Shown here piece by piece: positions 17,117-25,999 of a stretch of DNA of 64,000 nt (its first letter is position 1; every line of letters starts with the position of its first letter). The stretch is from assembly GCA_903828955.1 (NCBI GenBank), contig CAIKOA010000008.1, forward strand, positions 36,813 through 100,812, given 5' to 3'. The notes beneath the pieces are model-generated. The model saw only the letters and a list, made by a program, of their open reading frames with translations. It was not told the DNA's origin and searched no databases. This stretch comes from an uncultured Candidatus Micrarchaeota archaeon. GTDB taxonomy: Archaea > Micrarchaeota > Micrarchaeia > Anstonellales > Bilamarchaeaceae. The translations under genes and the position numbers were made by a program.

Positions 17117-17779
17117 ATGGCAATCCAATGCCGTGTCTGCGGAAGGGAAGGCTTCGACATCTGCCCGGAATGCTCGTTCAAGGAGATGAACCAGCAGTGC
17201 TGGAGGTGCAGGATGTACATCCCCAAATCCGAGATGCAGCAGTTCCAGGGCCAGTGGATATGCCCAAACTGCAGGATGGACCTCCAGGAAGGGGAAAGGC
17301 ACGGAAAGGGGCGCGGCGCCTCCGGAGAAGGAGGGCCCGGGGATGAGCCGGGCAGCCAGGAAATGCGCGACAAATTGGGGGAATGCGAACGCTGCAAGAG
17401 GCCCACGGACGTCTTCTACATAGTCAATGGAAGGAAGCTCTGCAAGTTCTGCTTTGAACAGGGAAAGGAATACATGGCGCGCGGCCCCGGCACATCGCCC
17501 GCACGCATCCAGATAATGCGCAGGAAATACGAAAAAAAGGGCCTTTTCCGCAAAATACTCGAATTCTTCTTCGGAAAACCCGAGGAGCCCGAATACGAAA
17601 TAGTCGAAGCCGAAGTTATAATTCCAAAGAAGAATGAAGAGCCGAAAACCCAGAAAGAGTCTGCCCAAAAGCCCCCGGAGGGGGCAAGGGCCGAGATAGT
17701 TCCCAAGAAAAGCGAGGGGCAGAAGCCCCAGAAAGAGGAAAAGCCAAAGCACGACTGGCAGGAGCACAAAAGAGAATAA
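17117..17779 (+). CDS. Triple zinc-ribbon protein with basic/acidic C-terminal tail
   Basis: Three CxxC...CxxC modules (CRVCG..CPEC; CWRC..CPNC; CERC..CKFC). ctatatatta TATA 25 nt upstream. The antisense ORF 17105..17767 is low-complexity and was rejected. Confidence 0.6.
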   Translation: MAIQCRVCGREGFDICPECSFKEMNQQCWRCRMYIPKSEMQQFQGQWICPNCRMDLQEGERHGKGRGASGEGGPGDEPGSQEMRDKLGECERCKRPTDVFYIVNGRKLCKFCFEQGKEYMARGPGTSPARIQIMRRKYEKKGLFRKILEFFFGKPEEPEYEIVEAEVIIPKKNEEPKTQKESAQKPPEGARAEIVPKKSEGQKPQKEEKPKHDWQEHKRE

Positions 17780-17899
17780 ATTCTAAGTTATTGAAGTATA
17801 AGGATATCCATTTTACGTAAGCGGGCTGGGAACTGAAGGCTGGCATTGCGTGAGAATAGGCTGCAAATCAATAAAAAGAAAAGCGAGGGAAAATAATTC

Positions 17900-19465
17900 A
17901 TGGCAGAGAAAATGCTTACGCCTGAAGAGAAGGCGGCAGCAATGCCGGTTATACAGAGCGCGATGCAGGCATACCAGCAGCACTACGGGATAAAGCTTAC
18001 CGAGCAGGAAACTTCCCGCGTCATGGATAGGGCCCTTAACAATCTGAATTCCCAAGCAACGCCAAGCGAAGTGCGCGGGGCGGTAAGGAACCTGATGCTC
18101 GAGGTCCTCACCAAAAATGACCCTGCGCGCGCAACTGAGCTACAGATGCAGGCGCAGGGCGTTCCTGGATCAGAGAGAAGCAGGATACCCGCTATTGCTG
18201 AGAATGAAGGAGCCAATGCTGCAAATGCCGGCTTACCAAAAGAGGCCGGAGCCCAGACTCCGGCACAAAGCCCGATGTTTTTAGGCCCAAAGCATGGCCA
18301 GGAAACCCAGCAGGAGCAATTCGCTTCTGAGCAGAAGAAAATAATCGGACAGATTTTTGCAATAAGCCCAAAGCACTTTCAGGAAGCCATCCTTAGCAAA
18401 ATCGAGCCTCTCAAACCAAACGCAACCTCAGAAGAAAGGATGGAAAAGATAAAGGAACTGTTCAACCTTATAAAAAAAGGAGGAGTGCTAGGCATCGAAT
18501 ACCAGTTCTCCGAAGGCAGACCTCCGAAAACCCCTAACGAGGTCTTAACTCCTGAGAAAGACGGAAAAATGCGGGCGGATTGCGATGAGCTTTCCCTTTT
18601 CTTTATTGCTGCGGCACGAAAACTGAATATCGACCTTTCGGATGTAAGCATCGCAGTGGTTAAGTTCGAAGCGCAAAATCCCGTTTTGCTAAACAAAAAA
18701 GAGCCATTGCATGCTGCCATTCTGACAATCGGAAACGAGAAAGCTCTTCTGGACCCGGTTTTTGGAATAATGGAGAAAATGAACTCTTTTGGTTCAGAAG
18801 ACCTTCTCAAGGCATATAACGGAAAGTTTCTTCCGGGCAACTTTATGATAGTTGGGGTTTTGGATGTAAAGATTGCCAGCGATTTAGCAGATATGGCAAG
18901 CATTCATTTTCATGAGAAAGCCAAATACTATGCAAGCCAATTTCAAACCGAGAAAGCAATATCTACTTTAGAAATAGCAACCGCAATAAGCCCGAATAGC
19001 ATTAATCTCAAGGAGGAACTGCTCGGGCTTTATTTGAATATCGCGGACGAAGCGGTCAGCAGCGGGAAAATTTCCATGGCAGAAGCCAATTCCAAAAAGG
19101 CACTTTTGTTGGGCTCAAAGATCAGCTCTCCTGGCAGCGCGGTTATTGATAATCTTTACCATGCGCACGATGTTTTAGGGTCAGCATACATGAAACAGAA
19201 GAAATATTCTGCAGCCATTTCAGAGTTCGATGAAATGATTAGAATAAAACCTGCGGAGCCGTTGGCATACTATAATAAGTCATATATACTCTATGGTTTG
19301 GCAGGAGATGCATACCGCGCAGGCGCCGTAGAGGACGCTAAAAAATATCTTAGTGACGCAGAAAGCACGATGTTTGCCGCGTCACAAAGAGTTGCTGAAG
19401 AAAAATATGACCAAAATATGATGGAATTGTTCCGTCTTATCCAAGAAAAAAGGTCAAAACTTTAG
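17900..19465 (+). CDS. Multi-domain protein: conserved N-domain (shared with 59503..59805) + transglutaminase-like Cys-protease core + TPR-like helical C-terminus
   Basis: N-terminal 80 aa are about 60% identical to ORF 59503..59805 (MAEKMLTPEE[KR]AA..PV[IV]QSAMQ.Y.QHYG.KLTE.ETSRV). Middle: CDELSLFFIAAARKLNI...HAAILTIG...LDPVFG, a Cys-His-Asp transglutaminase-like core. C-terminus: TPR-like helices. Confidence 0.7.
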   Translation: MAEKMLTPEEKAAAMPVIQSAMQAYQQHYGIKLTEQETSRVMDRALNNLNSQATPSEVRGAVRNLMLEVLTKNDPARATELQMQAQGVPGSERSRIPAIAENEGANAANAGLPKEAGAQTPAQSPMFLGPKHGQETQQEQFASEQKKIIGQIFAISPKHFQEAILSKIEPLKPNATSEERMEKIKELFNLIKKGGVLGIEYQFSEGRPPKTPNEVLTPEKDGKMRADCDELSLFFIAAARKLNIDLSDVSIAVVKFEAQNPVLLNKKEPLHAAILTIGNEKALLDPVFGIMEKMNSFGSEDLLKAYNGKFLPGNFMIVGVLDVKIASDLADMASIHFHEKAKYYASQFQTEKAISTLEIATAISPNSINLKEELLGLYLNIADEAVSSGKISMAEANSKKALLLGSKISSPGSAVIDNLYHAHDVLGSAYMKQKKYSAAISEFDEMIRIKPAEPLAYYNKSYILYGLAGDAYRAGAVEDAKKYLSDAESTMFAASQRVAEEKYDQNMMELFRLIQEKRSKL

Positions 19466-19782
19466 TGGATGCGCGGCTCCAGTCTGTGTTTTTCCCGTTT
19501 TTCTACTGGTTTAGGTCTTAGTTCTTCAAAACCCCAATTCGGGGGCAACTTTGCTTTTTGACCCACAGATGGTTTTTCCAGCGTGGCTCCCGCATCTTCC
19601 ACCGGCTGGGCTTTCTTAGGCACAATCGCTAATTTCTCCCTGTCATCCGCCATCCGTACAGCCTTTTCCGTATCTGTTATCGGCGCCCTATTATTAAAAG
19701 TTGCTTTAGGCCGTTCCCTTCCGCAGGCTGGGGAAAGAGCAATAACAGTTGCAAGCGCTGCGGCGCCAAGCAGCCTTTTCAT
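19462..19782 (-). CDS. Small secreted/lipoprotein-like hypothetical protein
   Basis: N-terminal signal-like MKRLLGAAALATVIALSPAC (possible lipobox), then a Lys/Pro-rich region. Confidence 0.4.
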   Translation of the reverse strand: MKRLLGAAALATVIALSPACGRERPKATFNNRAPITDTEKAVRMADDREKLAIVPKKAQPVEDAGATLEKPSVGQKAKLPPNWGFEELRPKPVEKREKHRLEPRIH

Positions 19783-19876
19783 ATGTTGTATTTAGTGTAA
19801 GAGAGTATATAAAGATTCAGGTTGTGCATGTCTGCAAACCAAAAAACGAGAAAGCGCCCGATGGCGCAAATTAAGG

Positions 19877-20254
19877 CTAAACTCTCCTCGTCCTGCTTAT
19901 TTTACCCTTCCCGTCGTATTTTATTATGTCTTCCTTCCCGTTCTTGTCGATTAAGCTGATGCTGACCGTCTTGCTGTCCACACTCAGAGAAAGGTACATC
20001 CCGTCCGAAAGCCTTGTGCTTATCGTATTCCCGTCGTCGTCCCTTCCTATATGGAAATCGGTCTCCCCGACCTTTGCAAGCGCCCTCATAAACGAAGGGC
20101 CCATTTCGCTCCCGAAAGCCCTCTCCGCGTTCTTGAACGCCTGTATGCAGATATCCCTTGCCCCGTTCACTTCTGAGGGAATTATCGAAAGCGGGTTGAT
20201 TGCAGTCCGCATCTCTTCAGTCTGAGCCTTGTTTTCATCCGGGCCAAATGCCAT
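19877..20254 (-). CDS. Hypothetical protein (possible Roadblock/LC7-like fold)
   Basis: 125 aa. C-terminal beta-rich pattern HIGRDDDGNTISTRLSDGMYLSLSVDSKTVSISLID is loosely Roadblock-like. Weak. Confidence 0.35.
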   Translation of the reverse strand: MAFGPDENKAQTEEMRTAINPLSIIPSEVNGARDICIQAFKNAERAFGSEMGPSFMRALAKVGETDFHIGRDDDGNTISTRLSDGMYLSLSVDSKTVSISLIDKNGKEDIIKYDGKGKISRTRRV

Positions 20255-20264
20255 TCATAACACC

Positions 20265-20606
20265 TTAAATTTTCTCTATTCTGTTCCCTACAATCCTTAT
20301 TATTTTCGAGCCGCCGGCGGAGCAGTAGGTCGCATTCTCCTTAAAGAGCGCGGAAAACTTATTCTTCCCGTCGCTAATCGAGCATACGTTCGGATACTTG
20401 AACACAACAACTGCGTTCTCCGTGAATTTCGGCGCCTCCATCCCCTTCTGCGCAATCAATGCGGGAAGGTAGAGGAGCGCCTGCCTCTGCTTTTTCGGAA
20501 GGTCTTTGAGCTTCATTTTTTTCTGCCCGGCCTTCACTGGAACTTTGGAGGATTTTTTTCCCTTTGCTTTTCGCGCGGTTTTCCGTTGCATACTATAATT
20601 ACACAC
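20265..20606 (-). CDS. Hypothetical basic (Lys-rich N-terminus) protein, possibly nucleic-acid binding
   Basis: MQRKTARKAKGKKSSKVPVKAGQKKMK... basic tail. No family recognised. Confidence 0.35.
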   Translation of the reverse strand: MCNYSMQRKTARKAKGKKSSKVPVKAGQKKMKLKDLPKKQRQALLYLPALIAQKGMEAPKFTENAVVVFKYPNVCSISDGKNKFSALFKENATYCSAGGSKIIRIVGNRIEKI

Positions 20607-20657
20607 TTTCCCAAATAAAAACCTATCTGCAAAACCGGATTTTCCGTTAATAAAAAT

Positions 20658-21251
20658 CTAAGGGGCGCTTCCTTCAAGGGCTCCCTTCCTTTTCACCTTT
20701 CTTTCCACCAAATCAATTATCGTGGAAGGCTTCCTGTGAATTGTAGGCCCCCCATCCAAAACCAGATCCACTTCCTCCAGGATTCCCTTCTCAACCTCTT
20801 CGATGCAGGTAGGCGGCTCCTTCCCCTTCCTGTTCGCGCTCGTCGTAATTATCGGCATCCCCAAATCAGTGCTCAATTTCCGCATGAATGAATGCTCCGG
20901 AACCCGGATTCCAATTTTCCCGTCTTTTGCTACGGGCAATTTAATTTTCTCCCTGGTAACAAGCGTAACCGGCCCCGGAAGCAAATTCAGGACCGCAAGC
21001 CTTTCCGCCTCCCCTTCAACATCCGCGTACTCGCGAACCATATCCAGATTTCCCAAAATTACAGAGAAGGGCTCCCCCTTTCCCTTCTTTTTTATTTTCC
21101 TGATTCTCTCCACAACCTTCGGGTTCCGCGCATCCCCTCCAATCCCATAAAGCGTATCCGTCGGGTAAACCAAAACCCCTCCACTAAGCAGCACTTCCTT
21201 TGCCTGCTTGAATGCGCGCGCATGCTCGTAAAGTGAAATTCTCTCGCTCAT
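20658..21251 (-). CDS. tsaC: L-threonylcarbamoyladenylate synthase (TsaC/YrdC/Sua5 family)
   Basis: YrdC-domain pattern VLVYPTDTLYGIGGDARNP...SVILGNLDMV...ITTSANRKG...VLDGG. Confidence 0.85.
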   Translation of the reverse strand: MSERISLYEHARAFKQAKEVLLSGGVLVYPTDTLYGIGGDARNPKVVERIRKIKKKGKGEPFSVILGNLDMVREYADVEGEAERLAVLNLLPGPVTLVTREKIKLPVAKDGKIGIRVPEHSFMRKLSTDLGMPIITTSANRKGKEPPTCIEEVEKGILEEVDLVLDGGPTIHRKPSTIIDLVERKVKRKGALEGSAP

Positions 21252-22849
21252 ATCTCCTCTACCTTGATGGGCCCGTATTTCCTCTCAATCTTTCGGAATT
21301 TCTTTGACCCCTTCCCGAAAATATAAGAAATATCATTCGGCTTTGCAAGGACCACAAACTGGTTTTCCCTCTTCTCCACTTTGAATTCATGGTTCAAAAC
21401 GTGCGAAAGCATTTCCTCGAGCCTTCCGCCCCCTCCTCCTTCACCTCGATCTCTTGCGCCCCCGCCGCCTCTTCTTCCCCGTCCTGACCCCCGCGTGGCA
21501 GTTTCCATCGAGAGCACAACGGTTTCTTCTCCGAATTTATACAGCTCATATTCCAGTTCGCCCGATTCAAATTCCCGCACCTCAATTACCGGCCTGGCAA
21601 GGTCCTTTTCCCTCATCCCGGTGGGCACCTTCACGGTTTGCTCAAGATCATAAACTTTCCCCACGCGCCCCTTATCGATCAAAATAACAGTATCCACTAT
21701 CTGCGGAATCATTCCGAGTTCCACCTTCCCAATCAGCCTCTGGATCGCATCAATTGCCTTGTGCCCGTGCACCACTCCCACAAGCCCGATTCCGGATAGG
21801 CGCATATCCGCAAAAATCTGGAAATCCTTAATCTTGCGCACCTCATCATAGAAGGTATAGTCCGGCCGCACAAGCAGGAGAATTTCCTTCGTATTGTCAA
21901 AATCCCCTTCAAGGGCGGTATACTGCGTAATCTCCTCGCGCACCCGCATATCACGCGGGCTTTCCATCGTCTTCACTACTTTTTTCTTGTCGTAATAGTA
22001 CTCGGCAAGCGCGGCCGCAAAAGTAGTCTTTCCGCTTCCCGGAGGCCCGCAAATGAGGATTCCCTCCGCCTTATTGTCTATCCTGTCCTTCAATTTCTCC
22101 CGCACATTATAATCCGCAAATTTCAGTTTCTTTATCGGCCGAACTATGGTAATCTCAAATCCATCTGAAAATGGGGGCTTTGCAATTACAATCCGGTAAA
22201 CCCCCAGCTGTATTACAGAAGCTCCCTCCTTGTCTATTTCAAAGTAATAGCTCCTGTTCCGGTTCACCGCCTCAACGATCTCTTCCCCAATTGCGCGGAG
22301 GGCGTCAAGCGAAATCGGCGCCCCAACCTCCTCCACGATAACTTCCCCGGGCCGCCCCCTTTTCCGCACCACCTTGCAATCCTCCTTGAAGTGCACGCTC
22401 ATTACGTCCGGCTCGAAATACTTCGCAAACTTAAGCTCCTTCGCCTCCTCGTGCGAATGCAAATAAACAGTAAGAATCCCTTCTGCAAGGGCAGCCTCGT
22501 GCTGCACCTTGTCCCCGGTAATGAGCGTAGCCCCAAGCCCGCGCGCAAGCTCCCGGACTAAATGGTCAATCGCCCCTTCCTTTTTCGCAGCCCGCACCTG
22601 GTCCGGCCGCGGCCTCTCCCCTTCAATAATCACCTCTATTTCCGATTCCTTCTCGAGTGCGCGCAGTTTTCCAATCACAGAAAACCCTGCAAAACCCGTT
22701 TCCTTATTCATATTCGACTGGTATTCCAGCTCCGCAATCGTCGCCCTGTGTATAAAGAATTTCCCGCTAAGCCCCTTCTCCTTAATGAGCTCAAGTATCC
22801 TCCCATCCACAATTACGCTGGTGTCGCAAACATAATCCATCCCAATCAC
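21248..22849 (-). CDS. PIN-domain/PhoH-like ATPase with C-terminal KH domain (COG1855-type) carrying an RGG/Gly-Arg insert
   Basis: N-terminal PIN (CDTSVIVDGRI), Walker A GPPGSGKTT, C-terminal KH-like region. Insert RGSGRGRRGGGGARDRGEGGGGGR at 21437..21508. Confidence 0.8.
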   Translation of the reverse strand: MIGMDYVCDTSVIVDGRILELIKEKGLSGKFFIHRATIAELEYQSNMNKETGFAGFSVIGKLRALEKESEIEVIIEGERPRPDQVRAAKKEGAIDHLVRELARGLGATLITGDKVQHEAALAEGILTVYLHSHEEAKELKFAKYFEPDVMSVHFKEDCKVVRKRGRPGEVIVEEVGAPISLDALRAIGEEIVEAVNRNRSYYFEIDKEGASVIQLGVYRIVIAKPPFSDGFEITIVRPIKKLKFADYNVREKLKDRIDNKAEGILICGPPGSGKTTFAAALAEYYYDKKKVVKTMESPRDMRVREEITQYTALEGDFDNTKEILLLVRPDYTFYDEVRKIKDFQIFADMRLSGIGLVGVVHGHKAIDAIQRLIGKVELGMIPQIVDTVILIDKGRVGKVYDLEQTVKVPTGMREKDLARPVIEVREFESGELEYELYKFGEETVVLSMETATRGSGRGRRGGGGARDRGEGGGGGRLEEMLSHVLNHEFKVEKRENQFVVLAKPNDISYIFGKGSKKFRKIERKYGPIKVEEI

Positions 22850-22963
22850 TTGCGCTTATATGAAGAGCCCCATAATAAATAGTTTTCCAGATTATAGTGT
22901 ATGTAAGCGGTTCTTCATGAGCAAAACAGAATCTTTATAAACCGTTCTATGCACACTATTCTC

Positions 22964-23081
22964 TCGCCAACGGCCATAGGGAGCTGGAAACACCCGATCC
23001 CATCTCGAACTCGGAAGTTAAGCGGCTCTACGGCTTTATCTGTACTGCCCTAAGGGTGGGAAAATGGGCTGCTGTTGGCAC
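22964..23081 (+). rRNA. rrf: 5S rRNA, copy 1
   Basis: GCCAACGGCCATAGGGAGC...CCCGAACTCGGAAGTTAAGC...GTACTGCCCTAAGGGTGGGAA...GCTGTTGGC. Helix I closes the 5' and 3' ends. TTTATAA TATA box 25 nt upstream (22934..22940). Confidence 0.85.
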
Positions 23082-23087
23082 TTATAT

Positions 23088-24605
23088 TCATCTAGGCCTT
23101 TTTATCAGACGCTCTTTAAGCCCGTCTTGTTTTCCCGCCATCTCCTCTGCCAACTCCCCCTCGGGGCCCTTGTAATAGCCGATTACCTTGTTGTCCTTGC
23201 CGTACAATCTCACTCCGTCTATTATTGTTCCCCTTTCCTTTGCGTACATTTGAAGCAGGGGCCATATTTTTTCTCCATTGTATTCATACATATGATCATA
23301 GTCGATAAGGTACATCTTGTTTGTTTTCGTGTCCCTTGCAATTGAAATAGAATGCCCCTGATCCTTACGAAAAAGCTCCACAGTGTACGCCTCTGCTCCA
23401 TTCATCTGCAGGAACTTGGTTGCCAAGGAACTTATATTGCCGCAAATGCCCGCATCAGCCGTTTTCCTGCTCAAAATCCATTCCCGGATGCCCCTGTACG
23501 CGTTATCAACCCCTATCTCCTCCAACGTCCTTGCGTCTTCAGAATATGGTTTGTTTACGGCATCCGCCAGGGGGCCACTGTAATTCTTTTCCCCTGCCCA
23601 TGCCAGTGCTTGCGCAGCCGCGACTAAATCAAAAAAAGAGCTTCCCTTGTATTTTTTTGCAAACTCTCCGAATGTTTCGGAGCTTTTCATCCTCTCCGTA
23701 AAAAGGAAAAGCGCCGGAGTCCAGTGGGCCGTTAGCTCAGCAGTATCGTTCCTCGTGCCGCCCTTCTCCCGCCCCACCGCAAACCCCCTCTCTATTTTTA
23801 CTTTGCCCGTTTCCTTTTCTCCAAGGCGGAACTTTACCCCCACGCCGATTTCATCCGCAAACATTTCGTTTTGCGCCTTCGCCCCCCATACGTATATCTC
23901 AGGCCCCACGTACTTGCCTTCTAAGGAAACCGCAGCCTCGCCCCCGGTTTTAAACGGCGTATGGAGCATCTCCACACGGATGCTGGCGCGGTCAAGGTGT
24001 ATCACCACCCCAGCCCTCGCCTCGTCATGGTGGGGGATTGAGGCCTTCGCCCCTGCATACTCATACGGGCGGTCCGGTCCAAAGAATACCTGCTCCTTCG
24101 CATAAAAAATCAGGGGTTCGAAAATGAAAGCAGCCCCTCCCGAAGCGGTAAAGTGGGGGGATTCATAGGAAAATACGCCCCCTCCCTGCGCCCACACTCC
24201 GGCTTCCACCCCCAGCCTTAGCCCGTACCCCCCGTCGCTCATTGTTTCCCAAACACCCCCTGCGCTTATGTTCTTGAACATGGAGGTGCGCACCTCGCTG
24301 GTTCCCGGGATTATTGGCATGCTTACGCTTCCGTACAGGTCAAAGGCGCCCACTTTCCCCCCTGCTTCCAGCGACGGAGTTACAAAGAAAAGCGGCCTGT
24401 AATAGTTCAGCTCCAGCGCGCCCGCCCCGGCCCCTATTTGCACCGGTCCGAAAACACCCTTCACCTCTCCCTTGGTAACCTCTCCGGCCTGGCTGCGCCC
24501 GACATTCGACAATTCGAATTTTAGATAATCCAAAAACGATTTTTCCCCTGTTTTTACCGGAACAGTTTCCTTTAGTTCAGCGGATTCTTCCGATTTTTGG
24601 TCCAT
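23088..24605 (-). CDS. Hypothetical protein: Gly-rich beta-strand N-terminal half + C-terminal Cys/His/Asp transglutaminase-like segment
   Basis: 505-aa ORF lying exactly between the two 5S copies. C-terminus GICGNISSLATKFLQMNGAEAYTVELFRKDQGHSISIARDTKTNKMYLIDYD (C..H..D spacing of the papain/TGase fold). No signal peptide. Confidence 0.55.
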   Translation of the reverse strand: MDQKSEESAELKETVPVKTGEKSFLDYLKFELSNVGRSQAGEVTKGEVKGVFGPVQIGAGAGALELNYYRPLFFVTPSLEAGGKVGAFDLYGSVSMPIIPGTSEVRTSMFKNISAGGVWETMSDGGYGLRLGVEAGVWAQGGGVFSYESPHFTASGGAAFIFEPLIFYAKEQVFFGPDRPYEYAGAKASIPHHDEARAGVVIHLDRASIRVEMLHTPFKTGGEAAVSLEGKYVGPEIYVWGAKAQNEMFADEIGVGVKFRLGEKETGKVKIERGFAVGREKGGTRNDTAELTAHWTPALFLFTERMKSSETFGEFAKKYKGSSFFDLVAAAQALAWAGEKNYSGPLADAVNKPYSEDARTLEEIGVDNAYRGIREWILSRKTADAGICGNISSLATKFLQMNGAEAYTVELFRKDQGHSISIARDTKTNKMYLIDYDHMYEYNGEKIWPLLQMYAKERGTIIDGVRLYGKDNKVIGYYKGPEGELAEEMAGKQDGLKERLIKRPR

Positions 24606-24762
24606 GCAACTTCAATTCTAGATTACGCACCCAAATTTAAAATGGGTATTGGCGCGTGCATGGAAATGGATTCGAGCCCTTATCCGGAGGAGCGGGGGAA
24701 TTCCTGCGGTTCAGCATGAGCGAAACAGAATCTTTATTACTCGTTCTATGCGCACTATTCTC

Positions 24763-24880
24763 TCGCCAACGGCCATAGGGAGCTGGAAACACCCGATCCC
24801 ATCTCGAACTCGGAAGTTAAGCGGCTCTACGGCTTTATCTGTACTGCCCTAAGGGTGGGAAAATGGGCTGCTGTTGGCAC
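24763..24880 (+). rRNA. rrf: 5S rRNA, copy 2
   Basis: Identical to copy 1 over the mature region. The duplicated block extends from about 24711 to 24890 (about 190 bp, about 95% identity with 22911..23090), including the upstream promoter-like segment. Confidence 0.85.
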
Positions 24881-24961
24881 TTATATTTACTTACTTATTC
24901 TGATTCTTGCGTTTAGATAGAATTTTATACCTCACCGCATTATTCGCCATCAGGTGAAAAA

Positions 24962-25279
24962 ATGCTAAAAGTAACTCTTTCGCACATCGGTGCGGTCTCT
25001 TTGGGAAGGTTGCTCGCAATCTGGTCCTTCGTAATCGGTCTGATCCTGCTGGTTGTTTATGGATTAATATCCATAGTGCTGGCGCTTATCGGGATGATTT
25101 CAGGGACGGATGTGGTGAGCACAATAGTCGCATTGCTCATAAGCCTCGTAATGGGTGTCGTAGGGCTCATCGTATTCGCAATTGCGATGTTCATCTGGGG
25201 CTTCCTCTGCGCGATAGTCTACAACATAATTCTGGGAGTGGGCGGCGGAATAGACGTCGACCTCAAGGAGCGCTCCTGA
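24962..25279 (+). CDS. Small hydrophobic membrane protein (3 TM helices)
   Basis: 105 aa, almost entirely hydrophobic helices (LLAIWSFVIGLILLVVYGLISIVLALIGMI...). Confidence 0.5.
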   Translation: MLKVTLSHIGAVSLGRLLAIWSFVIGLILLVVYGLISIVLALIGMISGTDVVSTIVALLISLVMGVVGLIVFAIAMFIWGFLCAIVYNIILGVGGGIDVDLKERS

Positions 25280-25418
25280 ATTTTTTCCTTCTTTTTCTTA
25301 TTTATTTAAAAATAAAATGCAGGTTAAGTGGCCTTGCGGCCACAGCCCTGCATCTGCAGGCAAATGCAGGTTGGTTTGGGCTTGCGCCCAAAGCCCTTCA
25401 ATTTTTAAAAATAAAAAT

Positions 25419-25503
25419 TGCAGGGGACGAGATTTGAACTCGCGAACGGACTTACCGACCAGGCCCTGAACCTGGCGCCTTTGGCCACTCGGCAACCCCT
25501 GCT
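25419..25503 (-). tRNA. tRNA-Leu (anticodon CAG), long variable arm
   Basis: Reverse complement: GCAGGGG-TT-GCCGAGTGGCCAAAGGC...CCAGG-TTCAGGG-CCTGG (anticodon CAG), variable arm, T-arm GCGAG-TTCAAAT-CTCGT, acceptor CCCCTGC + A. T-rich tract follows. Confidence 0.8.
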
Positions 25504-25675
25504 TAAACTTTTTTGTCCTTTTGCATACCTTGTGGCAAAAAAGTTTATTAAAAACCACTAGGTTTTCTTTGCTTTGAAACGCTTTGTCCATCGCTGTTTG
25601 GGCCGCGTCTTTTTTATCACTCTTTGCCAAAACAGAAAGCAGAAGATAAATAGGTAATATTCTTTTAAAAAACAA

Positions 25676-25999
25676 TCAGCCGGTGTCCTTGATTTCGGTT
25701 AGGCGCTCAAGCAGGCCGATTGTCCAGGAATATACCTCCATGTCGTCCCAGTCCGTGATGTTCTGCTCGCCGCCAATGAAGCGGATGTAGTTCCTTTTCA
25801 CAATCCCCTGGAGCTGTTCTATTTCGCGCTCAATGTGTTTTGTGCGCTTCTCAAAATCATCTTCGCCCTCGCTTTCCCGGGCGCGGGAAAGGTCGTCAAG
25901 CTCCTGGTTGAGCTGCTTCACTCGGCCTTCTGCAAAGGAAATTAATTCATCTTCATTTTTGAACTGCGTATCGTCATTCTTTGATGCCATTTTTCTCAC
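25676..25999 (-). CDS. Hypothetical small acidic protein
   Basis: 107-aa ORF with coiled-coil-like heptads. No family recognised. ORF 25298..25675 overlaps tRNA-Leu and was rejected. Confidence 0.4.
   Translation of the reverse strand: MRKMASKNDDTQFKNEDELISFAEGRVKQLNQELDDLSRARESEGEDDFEKRTKHIEREIEQLQGIVKRNYIRFIGGEQNITDWDDMEVYSWTIGLLERLTEIKDTG

Noticed and set aside
17105-17767. 220-aa ORF on the - strand exactly antisense to the zinc-ribbon gene
   Set aside because: Translation is Leu/Phe/Gly-rich low complexity (MLLPVVLWLFLFLGLLPLAFLG...). The + strand ORF shows an ordered CxxC pattern and has a TATA box at the right distance. Treated as a shadow ORF.
23064-23345. ORF starting inside 5S rRNA copy 1
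   Set aside because: Overlaps the 5S gene and the 3' end of the 505-aa - strand gene. No support.
25298-25675. 125-aa - strand ORF
   Set aside because: Overlaps tRNA-Leu and the twin-hairpin region. No coding signal.
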